Shown: positions 27,561-36,804, counted from the stretch's first letter. The stretch is 46,633 nucleotides of DNA from an uncultured Chthoniobacteraceae bacterium (GCA_964443575.1 CAYUDZ010000003.1:1-46633); one strand, 5' to 3'. Notes: generated by a model not told the origin, from the letters alone. A program made the numbers and translations.

Positions 27561-28268
27561 ATGAATTCTAAATCGCGCACTGACTCGAATCGTAGCTGCC
27601 TGATGCTTACAGCGATCTGCCTGCTGCTACTGGTATTGGCTATTCCTTGGGTTGTTGATATCTTCCATAGTCTGCGTCAGCAAGCCCGCCAGCCATTGCC
27701 GGTGCTGCCACCGTCACTGGATTTTGTTGCAGCCCATGAACTGGTCAGTATTCCGCTGGCCACTGAGTTCGCCTATCCACTTGGCTCACCACGCGCTGCC
27801 CTTGCCTACAACGCGCAGCCATTCATGGAAAATAATCACTTGGGTGACGACTGGAACGGCTCGGGCGGATACAATACTGATCTGGGTGATCCGGTGCATG
27901 TTATCGGCAACGGGTTGGTCACTTATGCCGCGCAGCGGGGAGGCGGTTGGGGCGGTATCGTAATCGTTCATCACCGATTGCGGAATGCCGATGGAACCTT
28001 CCAATACCTACAAAGTTTCTACGCTCATCTCGACACCATTACGGTGGAGCCTGGTGAGTATGTGAAACTTGGTCAGTCACTGGGATCTGTTGGTAATGCC
28101 GGCGGCAGATACTGGGCACATCTTCATCTTGAATTACGGGAATTTGTGACTCGCCATGTTGGCACCGGCTATAGGGTGACATTCGACGGCTGGTTGGATC
28201 CGACAGAACTAATAGAATCTACACCTACGCCCGCTTACATCTTGCCTATTGGCCACAGGCAGGAATAA
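27561..28268 (+). CDS. M23-family (LytM-type) metallopeptidase, membrane-anchored
   Basis: 235 aa with an N-terminal TM (LMLTAICLLLLVLAIPWVV). Motifs are the HxxxD box (HLGDDW), SFYAHLDTITVEPGEYVKLGQSLGSVGNAGG, and the HxH box (AHLHLELR). Confidence 0.85.
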   Translation: MNSKSRTDSNRSCLMLTAICLLLLVLAIPWVVDIFHSLRQQARQPLPVLPPSLDFVAAHELVSIPLATEFAYPLGSPRAALAYNAQPFMENNHLGDDWNGSGGYNTDLGDPVHVIGNGLVTYAAQRGGGWGGIVIVHHRLRNADGTFQYLQSFYAHLDTITVEPGEYVKLGQSLGSVGNAGGRYWAHLHLELREFVTRHVGTGYRVTFDGWLDPTELIESTPTPAYILPIGHRQE

Positions 28269-28275
28269 TGCAGTT

Positions 28276-29985
28276 ATGGAACCTGCAGTTCCCCAGCAAA
28301 GAACCTACCACTGCCAAGTCGTATTACTGGCGCTACTCTTTGTGCTAGCGGCCGCTTTACCGGTTTTCGCAGAAAATCTGGTGCAAAATGGTGACATGGA
28401 AGAAGTGCGTGAAGTCATAAACCTCTGGGATGGAGTAGGCCAATCGCGCTTCATTCGGGGCTTTGACCGGCAACTGGAAGCACTATCACATGCCGGCATT
28501 GTCAAGCCAGGTACCGTTCCGCCATCAGTAGTCGGCGCCGAGCTAACCAGTGATGCTCTCCCAGATCTACTGATTGCCGATACCCTAGGTTACCTTTGGT
28601 TGTTTGAAAATTCAGGCACTGCCAACAACCCAAAATTCACTAATGGTGAAATCCACGACGTGTTCATGTCACTCGGTGCACACAGGTTGGCTCCTCGAGT
28701 CAACTTCGCAGGATTCTTTGCCAGCGACTCCAAAGATCTGCTGCTTGGCAACTACCGTGGTGAAATCTACCTGCTGCGCGATACGCGGGAACGCAGTGCA
28801 GTGACATGGGAACAACCTGCTACGGTAGAAGCTTCACTCATTCCCACGGATTCAACCGGAAAACTTTGGGGCAACTTATTGGCTCCCGCAGCAGCCGATT
28901 TCAACGGCGACGGCAACCTCGATCTGGTGGTTGGCGACGGCTCTTATGCAGCAAACACGATCCGGCTATTTATTAATCAAGGCAACAACTTCGCTCCAGT
29001 CTATAACGAGAAACAATGCTATGCCTTGTTGTATGGTAAAGGCCGTGAGCAATTGGTGCCCACTATTTTTGATACCGACGGAGATGGGTATCCCGACCTG
29101 ATTGTCGGTGACCGCAGGGGTGGAGTAACCCTGCACCAGCATCCCGGTGCGGGATGGTCACCGGGCAGCCAGTTTCCGCTCAGCGGTTACCTCATTGATA
29201 GCAACCGGGAAAGTACCGCAGCAGCGGTCGCTCCACATGCTGTCGATATGAATGCTGATGGCACTTTCGATTTGCTGTTGGGACATGCTGACGGACGCGT
29301 GTCCCTAACCGTCAATACAGGCAGTGCCAGCTTTCCAGAGTTCTCGGAGCCACAGTACCTGACAGGCACACAAGTTCCGCCGGTAGCCTATTCACAGCCA
29401 ATCGGATGGGAAGTTACGACAAATGACCGCAATGGTAATGCTTACGCATACGCAACCGCTGCGGCCTCGGCCCCGGGAGGAATTCAGCCAACATCCGGCA
29501 GCAGTATGCTCGCAGCCGGCTATCTGCCGCGCGCAAGCGCCAAACTGCCACCATTTTACTACTCACTGAATGGCTTGCGTGACAGCGATGAAACCTTGCA
29601 ATTCAGGATCACAACCAAAGTCCCATTAAAAAATAACCAAATCTACCAGTTGACATTTCAGGCTGCCGGGCGCGAAGTGATTAAAGCTGGCTGGCAGGTG
29701 ATAATTGACTTTGAGAAGCAAATTGGTGAAACCCGGCTGGACAGAAAAGAACGTGGAATCATCAACAAACTAGCCGACATTCACAAAGAGACATTCATCG
29801 AAGACGGGATCTTTAGTCCACGGGAATCATGGATGGAAACCCGCTCCAGTTTTACAGTGCGGTTCAAAGATGCTGACCTGCGCCGCGAAGAGGAATTGCC
29901 GCTGGCAACACTCACATTTTTGTTCAACCTCGAGCCGGGAAGCGGTCAACTCTTTATCGACAACGTGCGCATTGTGGCGCAGTAG
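28276..29985 (+). CDS. Secreted FG-GAP/VCBS-repeat beta-propeller protein with a jelly-roll (CBM-like) C-terminal module
   Basis: The ORF is open from 28249. The ATG at 28276 gives a signal peptide (VVLLALLFVLAAALPVFA). Ca-binding-type repeats are ADFNGDGNLDLVVGDG, DTDGDGYPDLIVGD and DMNADGTFDLLLG. The protein ends in LFIDNVRIVAQ. Confidence 0.8.
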   Translation: MEPAVPQQRTYHCQVVLLALLFVLAAALPVFAENLVQNGDMEEVREVINLWDGVGQSRFIRGFDRQLEALSHAGIVKPGTVPPSVVGAELTSDALPDLLIADTLGYLWLFENSGTANNPKFTNGEIHDVFMSLGAHRLAPRVNFAGFFASDSKDLLLGNYRGEIYLLRDTRERSAVTWEQPATVEASLIPTDSTGKLWGNLLAPAAADFNGDGNLDLVVGDGSYAANTIRLFINQGNNFAPVYNEKQCYALLYGKGREQLVPTIFDTDGDGYPDLIVGDRRGGVTLHQHPGAGWSPGSQFPLSGYLIDSNRESTAAAVAPHAVDMNADGTFDLLLGHADGRVSLTVNTGSASFPEFSEPQYLTGTQVPPVAYSQPIGWEVTTNDRNGNAYAYATAAASAPGGIQPTSGSSMLAAGYLPRASAKLPPFYYSLNGLRDSDETLQFRITTKVPLKNNQIYQLTFQAAGREVIKAGWQVIIDFEKQIGETRLDRKERGIINKLADIHKETFIEDGIFSPRESWMETRSSFTVRFKDADLRREEELPLATLTFLFNLEPGSGQLFIDNVRIVAQ

Positions 29986-29993
29986 TAATCACC

Positions 29994-30872
29994 ATGCCCA
30001 ACGCACAAACAACCATAGCACTCATCTGCGACTACGACCAAACGCTAAGCCCGCATTACATGCAGGATGAAGTCTTGTTCCCGTACTTCGGAATCGACCC
30101 CAAGCAATTCTGGTTAAAATGCAACCAGTTGGTAAGCGAGCACGGCTACGATAATGAGCTGGCCTACATGAAAGCCATCCTCGAATACCTGTCGCTGGAC
30201 AGGCCCAGCAACAACTCGCTGCGCGAGCTGGGTGCCAAATTGAACTTCTATAAAGGCTTGCCCGAAATGTTCGATGAGCTCAAATCGCTGATAACTCCCG
30301 AACAGCATGCTCTCGATGTGAAGCTGGAATATTATATCATTTCTTCCGGCTTACAGGTTATCCTCGAAGGCAGCCGCCTGGCACCCTACTGCAAAGCCAT
30401 TTTCGGTTGCGAGTTCGGTGAAGACGAAGAAGGAAAAATTAACTTTCCGCGTCGGGTCATCAGCCATACGACCAAAACCCAATTCCTCTTCCGTATCAAT
30501 AAAGGAATGCTGGATCGCTCACAGGATGTCAACGATCACATGCCCCCGGAAATGCGCCCGGTGCCATTTGAGAATATGATTTATGTTGGTGACGGCCCAA
30601 CTGATGTCCCTTGCTTTACGGTCATGCGCCGCAATGGTGGGCGCGCCATTGCGGTTTACAACCCGGATGATGAGAGCCGCTCCAGCTTCAAAAAATGCTA
30701 CCAGTTAACCGGCACTGCAGATCGCGTCCGCCATATCGCCCCATCCGACTACCGCCAAGGCCGCCACTTGCGCCTGCTGCTGGAGGAAATGATCACCGAG
30801 ATCGCCTCAAGGATCGTCCACCGACACCAGGAAGATGCCAGGGCTAATACCGTCAGCGCTCCCAAATATTGA
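29994..30872 (+). CDS. HAD-superfamily hydrolase
   Basis: 292 aa with motif I (ICDYDQTLSP, DxDxT) and motif IV (YVGDGPTDVPCF). Confidence 0.75.
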   Translation: MPNAQTTIALICDYDQTLSPHYMQDEVLFPYFGIDPKQFWLKCNQLVSEHGYDNELAYMKAILEYLSLDRPSNNSLRELGAKLNFYKGLPEMFDELKSLITPEQHALDVKLEYYIISSGLQVILEGSRLAPYCKAIFGCEFGEDEEGKINFPRRVISHTTKTQFLFRINKGMLDRSQDVNDHMPPEMRPVPFENMIYVGDGPTDVPCFTVMRRNGGRAIAVYNPDDESRSSFKKCYQLTGTADRVRHIAPSDYRQGRHLRLLLEEMITEIASRIVHRHQEDARANTVSAPKY

Positions 30873-30888
30873 GCAATTGCCACGGAAG

Positions 30889-31467
30889 TTATTTCACCTG
30901 CTCAGCAACCACAATCAACCTTTGCGGGGCTGGTCCGATAAATTCGAATGGATAGCAGGTCACTAGCACAAGGGGCGCACTTGATCGTGCCGCCAAGGCA
31001 TCATAAACGCTCGCCATCGCGTTATCAGCATCTACTACCATTCGCCTGATGACGACCAGACGTTCAAGCTCTCCAGATTTGTTTTCGACAATAACTTCTG
31101 ATCCCTGACTTATTTTACCCAGCGAGCGGAAGTGTGTATCACGGTGTCCAAGGACTACTCGAATTGGTGACCCGTCCACGGCAGTTGCTGCAGGTAAGAC
31201 GGTTAGCGCTGGAAAATAGGTCAGAGACCTTTTGTTGGCACCGCTCAATACAAGTGAGTCAATCCTGGCTGCAGGAACCTGCAGCCAGAACGCAGGATAC
31301 AACCCACTAAACTCTCCATCTGGCAATTCATCATTATTTTGCCAATTTTGCCAGATTTGCTGTCCTACTATGCTTGCGACCGTACGCTTAACCAGGTGCC
31401 ATGCGGGTTGCGCTCCAGTACAAACTCCGCCTGCCAGCAACACCGAAACCAGCAATACCTTCATCAT
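30889..31467 (-). CDS. Gram-negative-type (class GN / marine-proteobacterial-type) sortase
   Basis: The ORF is open to 31512. The ATG at 31467 (MMKVLLVSVLLAGG) makes an ATGA overlap with the stop of the upstream VIT-vWA gene. The catalytic trio context is VLGHRDTHF (His), LVLVTCYPF (Cys) and PQRLIVVAE (Arg). Confidence 0.8.
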   Translation of the reverse strand: MMKVLLVSVLLAGGVCTGAQPAWHLVKRTVASIVGQQIWQNWQNNDELPDGEFSGLYPAFWLQVPAARIDSLVLSGANKRSLTYFPALTVLPAATAVDGSPIRVVLGHRDTHFRSLGKISQGSEVIVENKSGELERLVVIRRMVVDADNAMASVYDALAARSSAPLVLVTCYPFEFIGPAPQRLIVVAEQVK

Positions 31468-33518
31468 TTTCCACTCCTTTCGATTCGGCGTGTGTAGCGG
31501 GCTTTCTCCCACAATCCGATCAACACCATTGCAAATAGGATAAAAATGGCACTGATAACCAGTAACAGCGGATCATTAGTTGCTGTTGGAAAAAACGAGT
31601 TTGCCTGCCAACCTGCAGGTAATTCAGTTGGCACTTTAAGGCGCTTGAGTCGTTCGCTCGGATTAGCCACAACCTGCTCGACCGCTACCCGTGAAGTAAA
31701 TTGCGTAAGCAATTGGTACTTCAGCCCCAGCCCGGTCACTTCTGCTTTAAGCCGTTCACGTTGGGCATCTTCGGTTGCCAGTGTGTAATCGAGCATCAGC
31801 CTGCTAATCTTGCCTCTGCCAAATAGCTTACCTAACGGCGCCGAGGAGCTGATAGTCGCCGCAGCCAACGGCACCTCCATGACTTTTTGTTGGCCATCCA
31901 CTTTCGCCGACAGCCTCACTGCCTGTACCGTACCATGTGGCAGATAAGCAAAGATCCGAACCGGTCGTTCGTGAAACACATCAGGAATCGGCTGCGGTTG
32001 CCACTCGACATCTGCTACTGTATCACCTGCGGCAGCGAGCCACTCGATGTTGATATCCGTCATTACCGGAGCTTCCAGGGTGCGGAAGAAGTCAGACATT
32101 ACCTCACCAATATCCTCATGTGAACGAATGAAACGTGTCTGCCCACGACCGGCATCAGCCATTGCCCGCATCAGATATTCATTGGGAGCGCTGCCAATCC
32201 CAAAGGTAAACATCCGTGTCGTACCAAGTCGCGCGTGCAGCAACTGCATCAGTGACTCTTCGTTACCAACACTACCATCGGTCAAGAACACGACCAGTCG
32301 CATCGATGACTCAGTGCCGGGAATCGACAACAGGTGCGCAAGGGCTTTCTGCATCTCAGTTCCTCCATCTGCCTCCAATCCATCGACGTACATTCGCGCC
32401 GCTTCAACACGCTCGTCAGTAGCCAGCCGCAGATCCGGTGAAAATGATGAATAATCATCTGCAAACCTAACTATGGTAAAGTGGTCCTGTGGCTGCAGCA
32501 TGTTTAAACATCTGCGCAGGCCGGCGCGCGCTTGCGCGATCGACTCGCCACTCATCGATCCGCTGGTATCGATCAGGAATAGCACATCACGCGGAACTTG
32601 CCTGCGTGCGGCACGGAGTTCTGTGGCCACTGGTGGCAACAAGGTCAACATACCATGCCGGTCGTCCTCATCGGAAACAACCAGCTCGGCACGCGGCATT
32701 TCACTGCGGGTCAAATGGATATCTAGATGGAAGTCACGATTGGCCCGTACCGGACCAGTGGCAAGCTCTACCGCATAAGGACTATTACCGCCCGATGCCT
32801 GCGCGACATGGATTGCGTGGGTGCTGGAATCAATCCTCTCCACCGGTAAACCTTCAACTGACGCCGAGATTTGCACCCGATGCCCGGATTCATATCTTGG
32901 GTGCAGCAACGGTGGGGTGATCTCATTGGCATCTGGCACTGGAATATTAAAGGGCAGGTAACGGGGTCCAACCACCAGCGGGAAGGTAACACTATAAACC
33001 CCCTCCCGATAATCCGCGGTATGCATCAGTGTCAGCTTCACCAACAACGTGTCACCAGGCATGATGTTGGCAACCGAATTGGTAAAGATGTTCGGCCGCT
33101 GCTGCTCCACTAGTGCTGCCCGTTTGCCGCTTGCCACCGCTTCTTCATAGATCTCTCTGGCTTCCTGTTTTTCTCGCACGATGCTCTGAATAATACGGTC
33201 GCCAACCTGCATCACCATCCCGGTTACCGTGCCTTCCGATGGTAAAGGGTAAACATAAACCGCCTCAAGTGGATCACCCGTCTCATTCTTAAATTCCTGG
33301 GTTACCTCAGTGGCTACAATACCCCCGCTTACCTGCATGTGGATTTCCGTTTTCTTCAATGGTATGAAGATCCGCTGCTCAGACCCGGCTGCACGCGCAG
33401 CTAACATACCTGCCGGATAGCTGTCCTCAGCTTGGCTTTCGGCCGCAATACAGTTGCTGCAAATAATAATTGCGGCCAGCAGGCCCGCTAATTTGTTGAT
33501 TTTTTGATTACTCTTCAT
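31464..33518 (-). CDS. VIT + von Willebrand factor A domain surface protein with a C-terminal sortase-type tripartite sorting signal
   Basis: 684 aa with a signal peptide and a VIT-like N-terminus (IHMQVSGGIVATEVTQEFKN...YVYPLPSEGTVTGM). The vWA MIDAS motif is LFLIDTSGSMSG. The C-terminus is FFPTATNDP + LLLVISAIFILFAMVLIGLW + EKARYTRRIERSGK. Confidence 0.85.
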   Translation of the reverse strand: MKSNQKINKLAGLLAAIIICSNCIAAESQAEDSYPAGMLAARAAGSEQRIFIPLKKTEIHMQVSGGIVATEVTQEFKNETGDPLEAVYVYPLPSEGTVTGMVMQVGDRIIQSIVREKQEAREIYEEAVASGKRAALVEQQRPNIFTNSVANIMPGDTLLVKLTLMHTADYREGVYSVTFPLVVGPRYLPFNIPVPDANEITPPLLHPRYESGHRVQISASVEGLPVERIDSSTHAIHVAQASGGNSPYAVELATGPVRANRDFHLDIHLTRSEMPRAELVVSDEDDRHGMLTLLPPVATELRAARRQVPRDVLFLIDTSGSMSGESIAQARAGLRRCLNMLQPQDHFTIVRFADDYSSFSPDLRLATDERVEAARMYVDGLEADGGTEMQKALAHLLSIPGTESSMRLVVFLTDGSVGNEESLMQLLHARLGTTRMFTFGIGSAPNEYLMRAMADAGRGQTRFIRSHEDIGEVMSDFFRTLEAPVMTDINIEWLAAAGDTVADVEWQPQPIPDVFHERPVRIFAYLPHGTVQAVRLSAKVDGQQKVMEVPLAAATISSSAPLGKLFGRGKISRLMLDYTLATEDAQRERLKAEVTGLGLKYQLLTQFTSRVAVEQVVANPSERLKRLKVPTELPAGWQANSFFPTATNDPLLLVISAIFILFAMVLIGLWEKARYTRRIERSGK

Positions 33519-33543
33519 TTTTTGCTCCTCATTAGTTAATGTT

Positions 33544-33564
33544 GGCGGTCAGTTGTTGACCGCC
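33544..33564. promoter_or_regulatory. Perfect 8-bp-arm palindrome in the divergent VIT-vWA / ECF-sigma intergenic region (candidate operator or hairpin)
   Basis: ggcggtca-gttgt-tgaccgcc read directly. It lies 26 nt upstream of the VIT-vWA start codon and 69 nt upstream of the sigma-factor start codon. Confidence 0.3.
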
Positions 33565-33632
33565 TTCATGCGGGGATACGGGACTTGAGGAGCTAATCTT
33601 TCAAAGTTTTTAACTTTTTTTGCTACCAGCTG

Positions 33633-34337
33633 ATGACCAGCAGCGACAATTCCAATAAGCCATGCTATAACTTGCGCGTCGTGAAAGATGGAAAGGCAGA
33701 ACAGCTGGATGAAGATGCTTTTCAGAAGACTCGGAAAAGCCTGATTGAGCGCTTGGATGACTGGCAGGACCAGAAAACATGGATGGAGTTCCATGACATT
33801 TACTGGCGCGTCATCTATCGCTTTTCGCTACGCAATGGACTGCGCGACGATGAAGCATTTGATGTGGTTCAGGAAACCCTTCTAGCGGTAGCAAAACAGT
33901 CAAAAGATGGTCGCTACGACCCTCGATCAGGAACATTCAAATCATGGCTGTTTAATCTTACCCGTTGGCGGATTGCCGATCAGTTTCGTAAGCGCGACCG
34001 CTTCTCCAATTCAAACGATACCAGCCACCAGCAGACTGATGGTTTGCCAAGGACCGCAACAATCGAGCGCATCCCTGACGCTAAGGCCTCCGATCATGAT
34101 GCCATCTGGGAGCAGGAGTGGAAACAGAATGCCAGCCAAGTTGCCGTCAAACGGGTGCGCAACCAGGTATCCCCAAAGCAGTTTCAAATCTTTGATTGCT
34201 ACGTGATCAAGGAGTGGCCGACACAAAAAGTACAGCAAGACTTAGGCGTGAGTATCGCTCAAATCTACCTTGCCAAGCATCGGATTGGAACCATGCTACA
34301 GAAGGAGTTGAAGCGACTTGAGCGAGCAGATTTCTAA
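33633..34337 (+). CDS. ECF-type sigma-70 family RNA polymerase sigma factor (kinase-associated type)
   Basis: 234 aa. Region 2 is DEAFDVVQETLLAVAK...FKSWLFNLTRWRIADQFRKR. Region 4 is QFQIFDCYVIKEWPTQKVQQDLGVSIAQIYLAKHRI. The 3' end overlaps the kinase gene by 20 nt. Confidence 0.8.
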   Translation: MTSSDNSNKPCYNLRVVKDGKAEQLDEDAFQKTRKSLIERLDDWQDQKTWMEFHDIYWRVIYRFSLRNGLRDDEAFDVVQETLLAVAKQSKDGRYDPRSGTFKSWLFNLTRWRIADQFRKRDRFSNSNDTSHQQTDGLPRTATIERIPDAKASDHDAIWEQEWKQNASQVAVKRVRNQVSPKQFQIFDCYVIKEWPTQKVQQDLGVSIAQIYLAKHRIGTMLQKELKRLERADF

Positions 34338-36804
34338 CAACACACCTGATCAGGCGCATTTAGACATACCTGACATCGAGCTACTCAAACTCGTAGGGTC
34401 CGGGTCCTACGGTGAAGTCTGGCTGGCCCGCACAATTACCGGGGCGCTGCGTGCAGTTAAAATTGTCCGGCAATCAAGCTTTCACAGCAGCAAGTCGTAC
34501 GAACGGGAGTTCAATGGCATCAAGCAATTCGAGGAGGTCTCGCGCACCCACCCCGGGCTGGTCGAAGTACTGCATGTCGGGCGCAATAAAAATGCAGGGT
34601 ACTACTACTGCATCATGGAACGCGCAGACCCGCTGGATGGCGCCAGTGATAACATAGCAGACTACCAGCCCAAGACTCTATCCATGCTGATTCAGCAAGA
34701 CCGCCCTTGCGCCATCGCTTTCACCCTGGATACTGGCCGGGAAATTGCAGCTGCACTCGCCGCGCTGCATCAGGCCAATCTGGTTCATCGCGATATTAAG
34801 CCATCAAACATTATTTTTGTGAAAGGCAAACCAAAGCTGGCAGATATCGGGATGGTTGCTGCAAGTGGTCAGCGCAGCTTTGTTGGCACCGAGGGCTATG
34901 TACCTCCCGAAGGCCCCGGGACAGTCCGTGCAGATGTTTACAGCTTGGGTAAGGTCATTTACGAAATGGCAACAGGTAAGGATCGGCTGGACTTCCCGGA
35001 GTTACCGGAAAGCTGGTTCAATCATGCGCCAGAAAAAAAGCGGCAACTCCACTTGCTGAATGACGTGATTTGCAAAGCCTGTAACCCGCGTCCGGATCAA
35101 AGATATAAAGATGCCGGCCAGTTAGAGCGCGCCCTGACGGCAACCACAGCTGCCAGGGAGACAACGCGCCGTACATTTTCCGCAACCGGTATAATTACCA
35201 TTCTGCTGGCCCTGCTTACTGCCTTGGGTGCCTATTTTTACTATTTTCATAAGCTCCCAAACCAACCTCATAAGGGATCTCATGCAGCTGCTACCCCAAC
35301 CCCCACCCCTGCGCTTGCAACTGGCAGCCTCAAAGTCATTAGCCCCCCCGCCGGCGCAAAAGTACTCATCGCGGGTGAGCATCTCGGGGAAACACCGTTT
35401 TACCTCGAAAATGCTGCAGTTGGACCTCTAACTGTACGCTTGGAACTAGCTGGCCACAAGCCACTCGAGTTGCGCGGCGTCATCGAGCATGAACAACAAT
35501 TACTCATCGGTTCCAAGCTGGAGGCTTGGTTGAAACCGATAGCCGGACAATCATGGGTTAATTCAGATGGCATCGAGTTTCTAGCCGAGGGCGAGCGTTA
35601 CCTGTCAAGCACCCCGGTACCACCATCAGTTATTGCCAATTATGTCGCGGCGACCGGGCAGGCACAAACTGCAGAGATAGAAGCCAAAGAAGAATTCCTG
35701 CGCTGGTATACCGGCATCGCACAAAATCAAGGGTACCTGGAAAATCACCACTATTACAGGCTAGCCACTGCAGCCGAACTGGCACAGGCAGGACTGGATA
35801 ACCAGACTGACACCGGAAAATTTCATCTCGTTGTAGATACGCACCCCCTAGGTGACATCGTCATTCGATCGCTACCGGCAGGTGCAGGTGTTTATCACGG
35901 TGACTCATTCCTCGGCAACACACCGCTCAAATTGACCGGACAAAGCGTCGGCGAGTTAAAACTTTCTTTGCAGCTTGAAGGATACACGTCGACCACGGCA
36001 AATGTTGAAGTAGTGGCCAATCAATCATCAGAGCATACGGTAGCGCTGGAACGCAATAACCGGGCCATGCTTGGGCAACCATGGCAGAATTCGCTGGGTA
36101 TGGAGTTCCGGCCAGTCACCGAGGCGGATGTGCTCTTTGCTGTGTGGGAAACTCGGGTAGCTGACTACAGCGAGTTTGTAGCTGCCACTGGCCGCCAGCA
36201 TGAACAAGCCGACTTCGAGCAACAGCCTGATCACCCCGTGGTATTGGTAACTAAAGACGACGCGCGTGCATTTTGTAAATGGCTCACCGGCAAAGAACGT
36301 GATCTCGGACTGTTATCCGATACACTGGAGTACCGCTTGCCGACAGATCTTGAGTGGAGCATCGCCTGTGGGTTCGATGACGAGGGTGGTGCTTCACCCG
36401 CTGCGCGCGATAGCGGCAATAGGGTAGCTTTTCCTTGGGGGACAGACTGGCCACCGCAACAGCCAGTCGCCAACCTGGCCGATGTGACATCTGCGTACTC
36501 GCAAGGCCAGCGCATCATCAGCGGGTATCATGATGGATTTCCTAAAACTGCCCCGGTAGGTAGTTTCCCTCCCAACCAGTATGGTTTGCACGATTTGTCA
36601 GGCAACGTTTGGGAATGGGTTGCTGACAATTACGGTGGTGGCGGTAGCTTCAATGACTGGGCTGTTTGCCGTGGTGGTGGATGGAGCAATTTTCGTAAAG
36701 CTCAGCTGTGGATTTCATGCCGCAACCTCGTCGAGACTGAGCAGAAAGATGTCATCTACGGATTCCGTGTCGTCATCGCTAGCCCACACCCGGCTAACAA
36801 CTAA
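34318..36804 (+). CDS. Transmembrane Ser/Thr protein kinase with extracytoplasmic PEGA repeats and a C-terminal FGE-sulfatase (SUMF1-like, non-catalytic) domain
   Basis: 828 aa with a TTG start. Kinase motifs are GSGSYGEV, AVKIV, HRDIKPSN, DIG and GTEGYVPPE. The TM helix is IITILLALLTALGAYFYYF. PEGA-like blocks are LKVISPPAGAKVLIAGEHLGETP and IVIRSLPAGAGVYHGDSFLGNTP. The FGE-type end is YRLPTDLEWSIACG...GLHDLSGNVWEWVAD...RGGGW. It lacks the CxxxxC catalytic pair context. Confidence 0.85.
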   Translation: MSEQISNNTPDQAHLDIPDIELLKLVGSGSYGEVWLARTITGALRAVKIVRQSSFHSSKSYEREFNGIKQFEEVSRTHPGLVEVLHVGRNKNAGYYYCIMERADPLDGASDNIADYQPKTLSMLIQQDRPCAIAFTLDTGREIAAALAALHQANLVHRDIKPSNIIFVKGKPKLADIGMVAASGQRSFVGTEGYVPPEGPGTVRADVYSLGKVIYEMATGKDRLDFPELPESWFNHAPEKKRQLHLLNDVICKACNPRPDQRYKDAGQLERALTATTAARETTRRTFSATGIITILLALLTALGAYFYYFHKLPNQPHKGSHAAATPTPTPALATGSLKVISPPAGAKVLIAGEHLGETPFYLENAAVGPLTVRLELAGHKPLELRGVIEHEQQLLIGSKLEAWLKPIAGQSWVNSDGIEFLAEGERYLSSTPVPPSVIANYVAATGQAQTAEIEAKEEFLRWYTGIAQNQGYLENHHYYRLATAAELAQAGLDNQTDTGKFHLVVDTHPLGDIVIRSLPAGAGVYHGDSFLGNTPLKLTGQSVGELKLSLQLEGYTSTTANVEVVANQSSEHTVALERNNRAMLGQPWQNSLGMEFRPVTEADVLFAVWETRVADYSEFVAATGRQHEQADFEQQPDHPVVLVTKDDARAFCKWLTGKERDLGLLSDTLEYRLPTDLEWSIACGFDDEGGASPAARDSGNRVAFPWGTDWPPQQPVANLADVTSAYSQGQRIISGYHDGFPKTAPVGSFPPNQYGLHDLSGNVWEWVADNYGGGGSFNDWAVCRGGGWSNFRKAQLWISCRNLVETEQKDVIYGFRVVIASPHPANN

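Noticed and set aside
33549-33794. An 81-aa minus-strand ORF overlapping the ECF sigma gene start
   Set aside because: It overlaps the sigma-factor coding region in antisense and covers the divergent promoter region. It has no motif.
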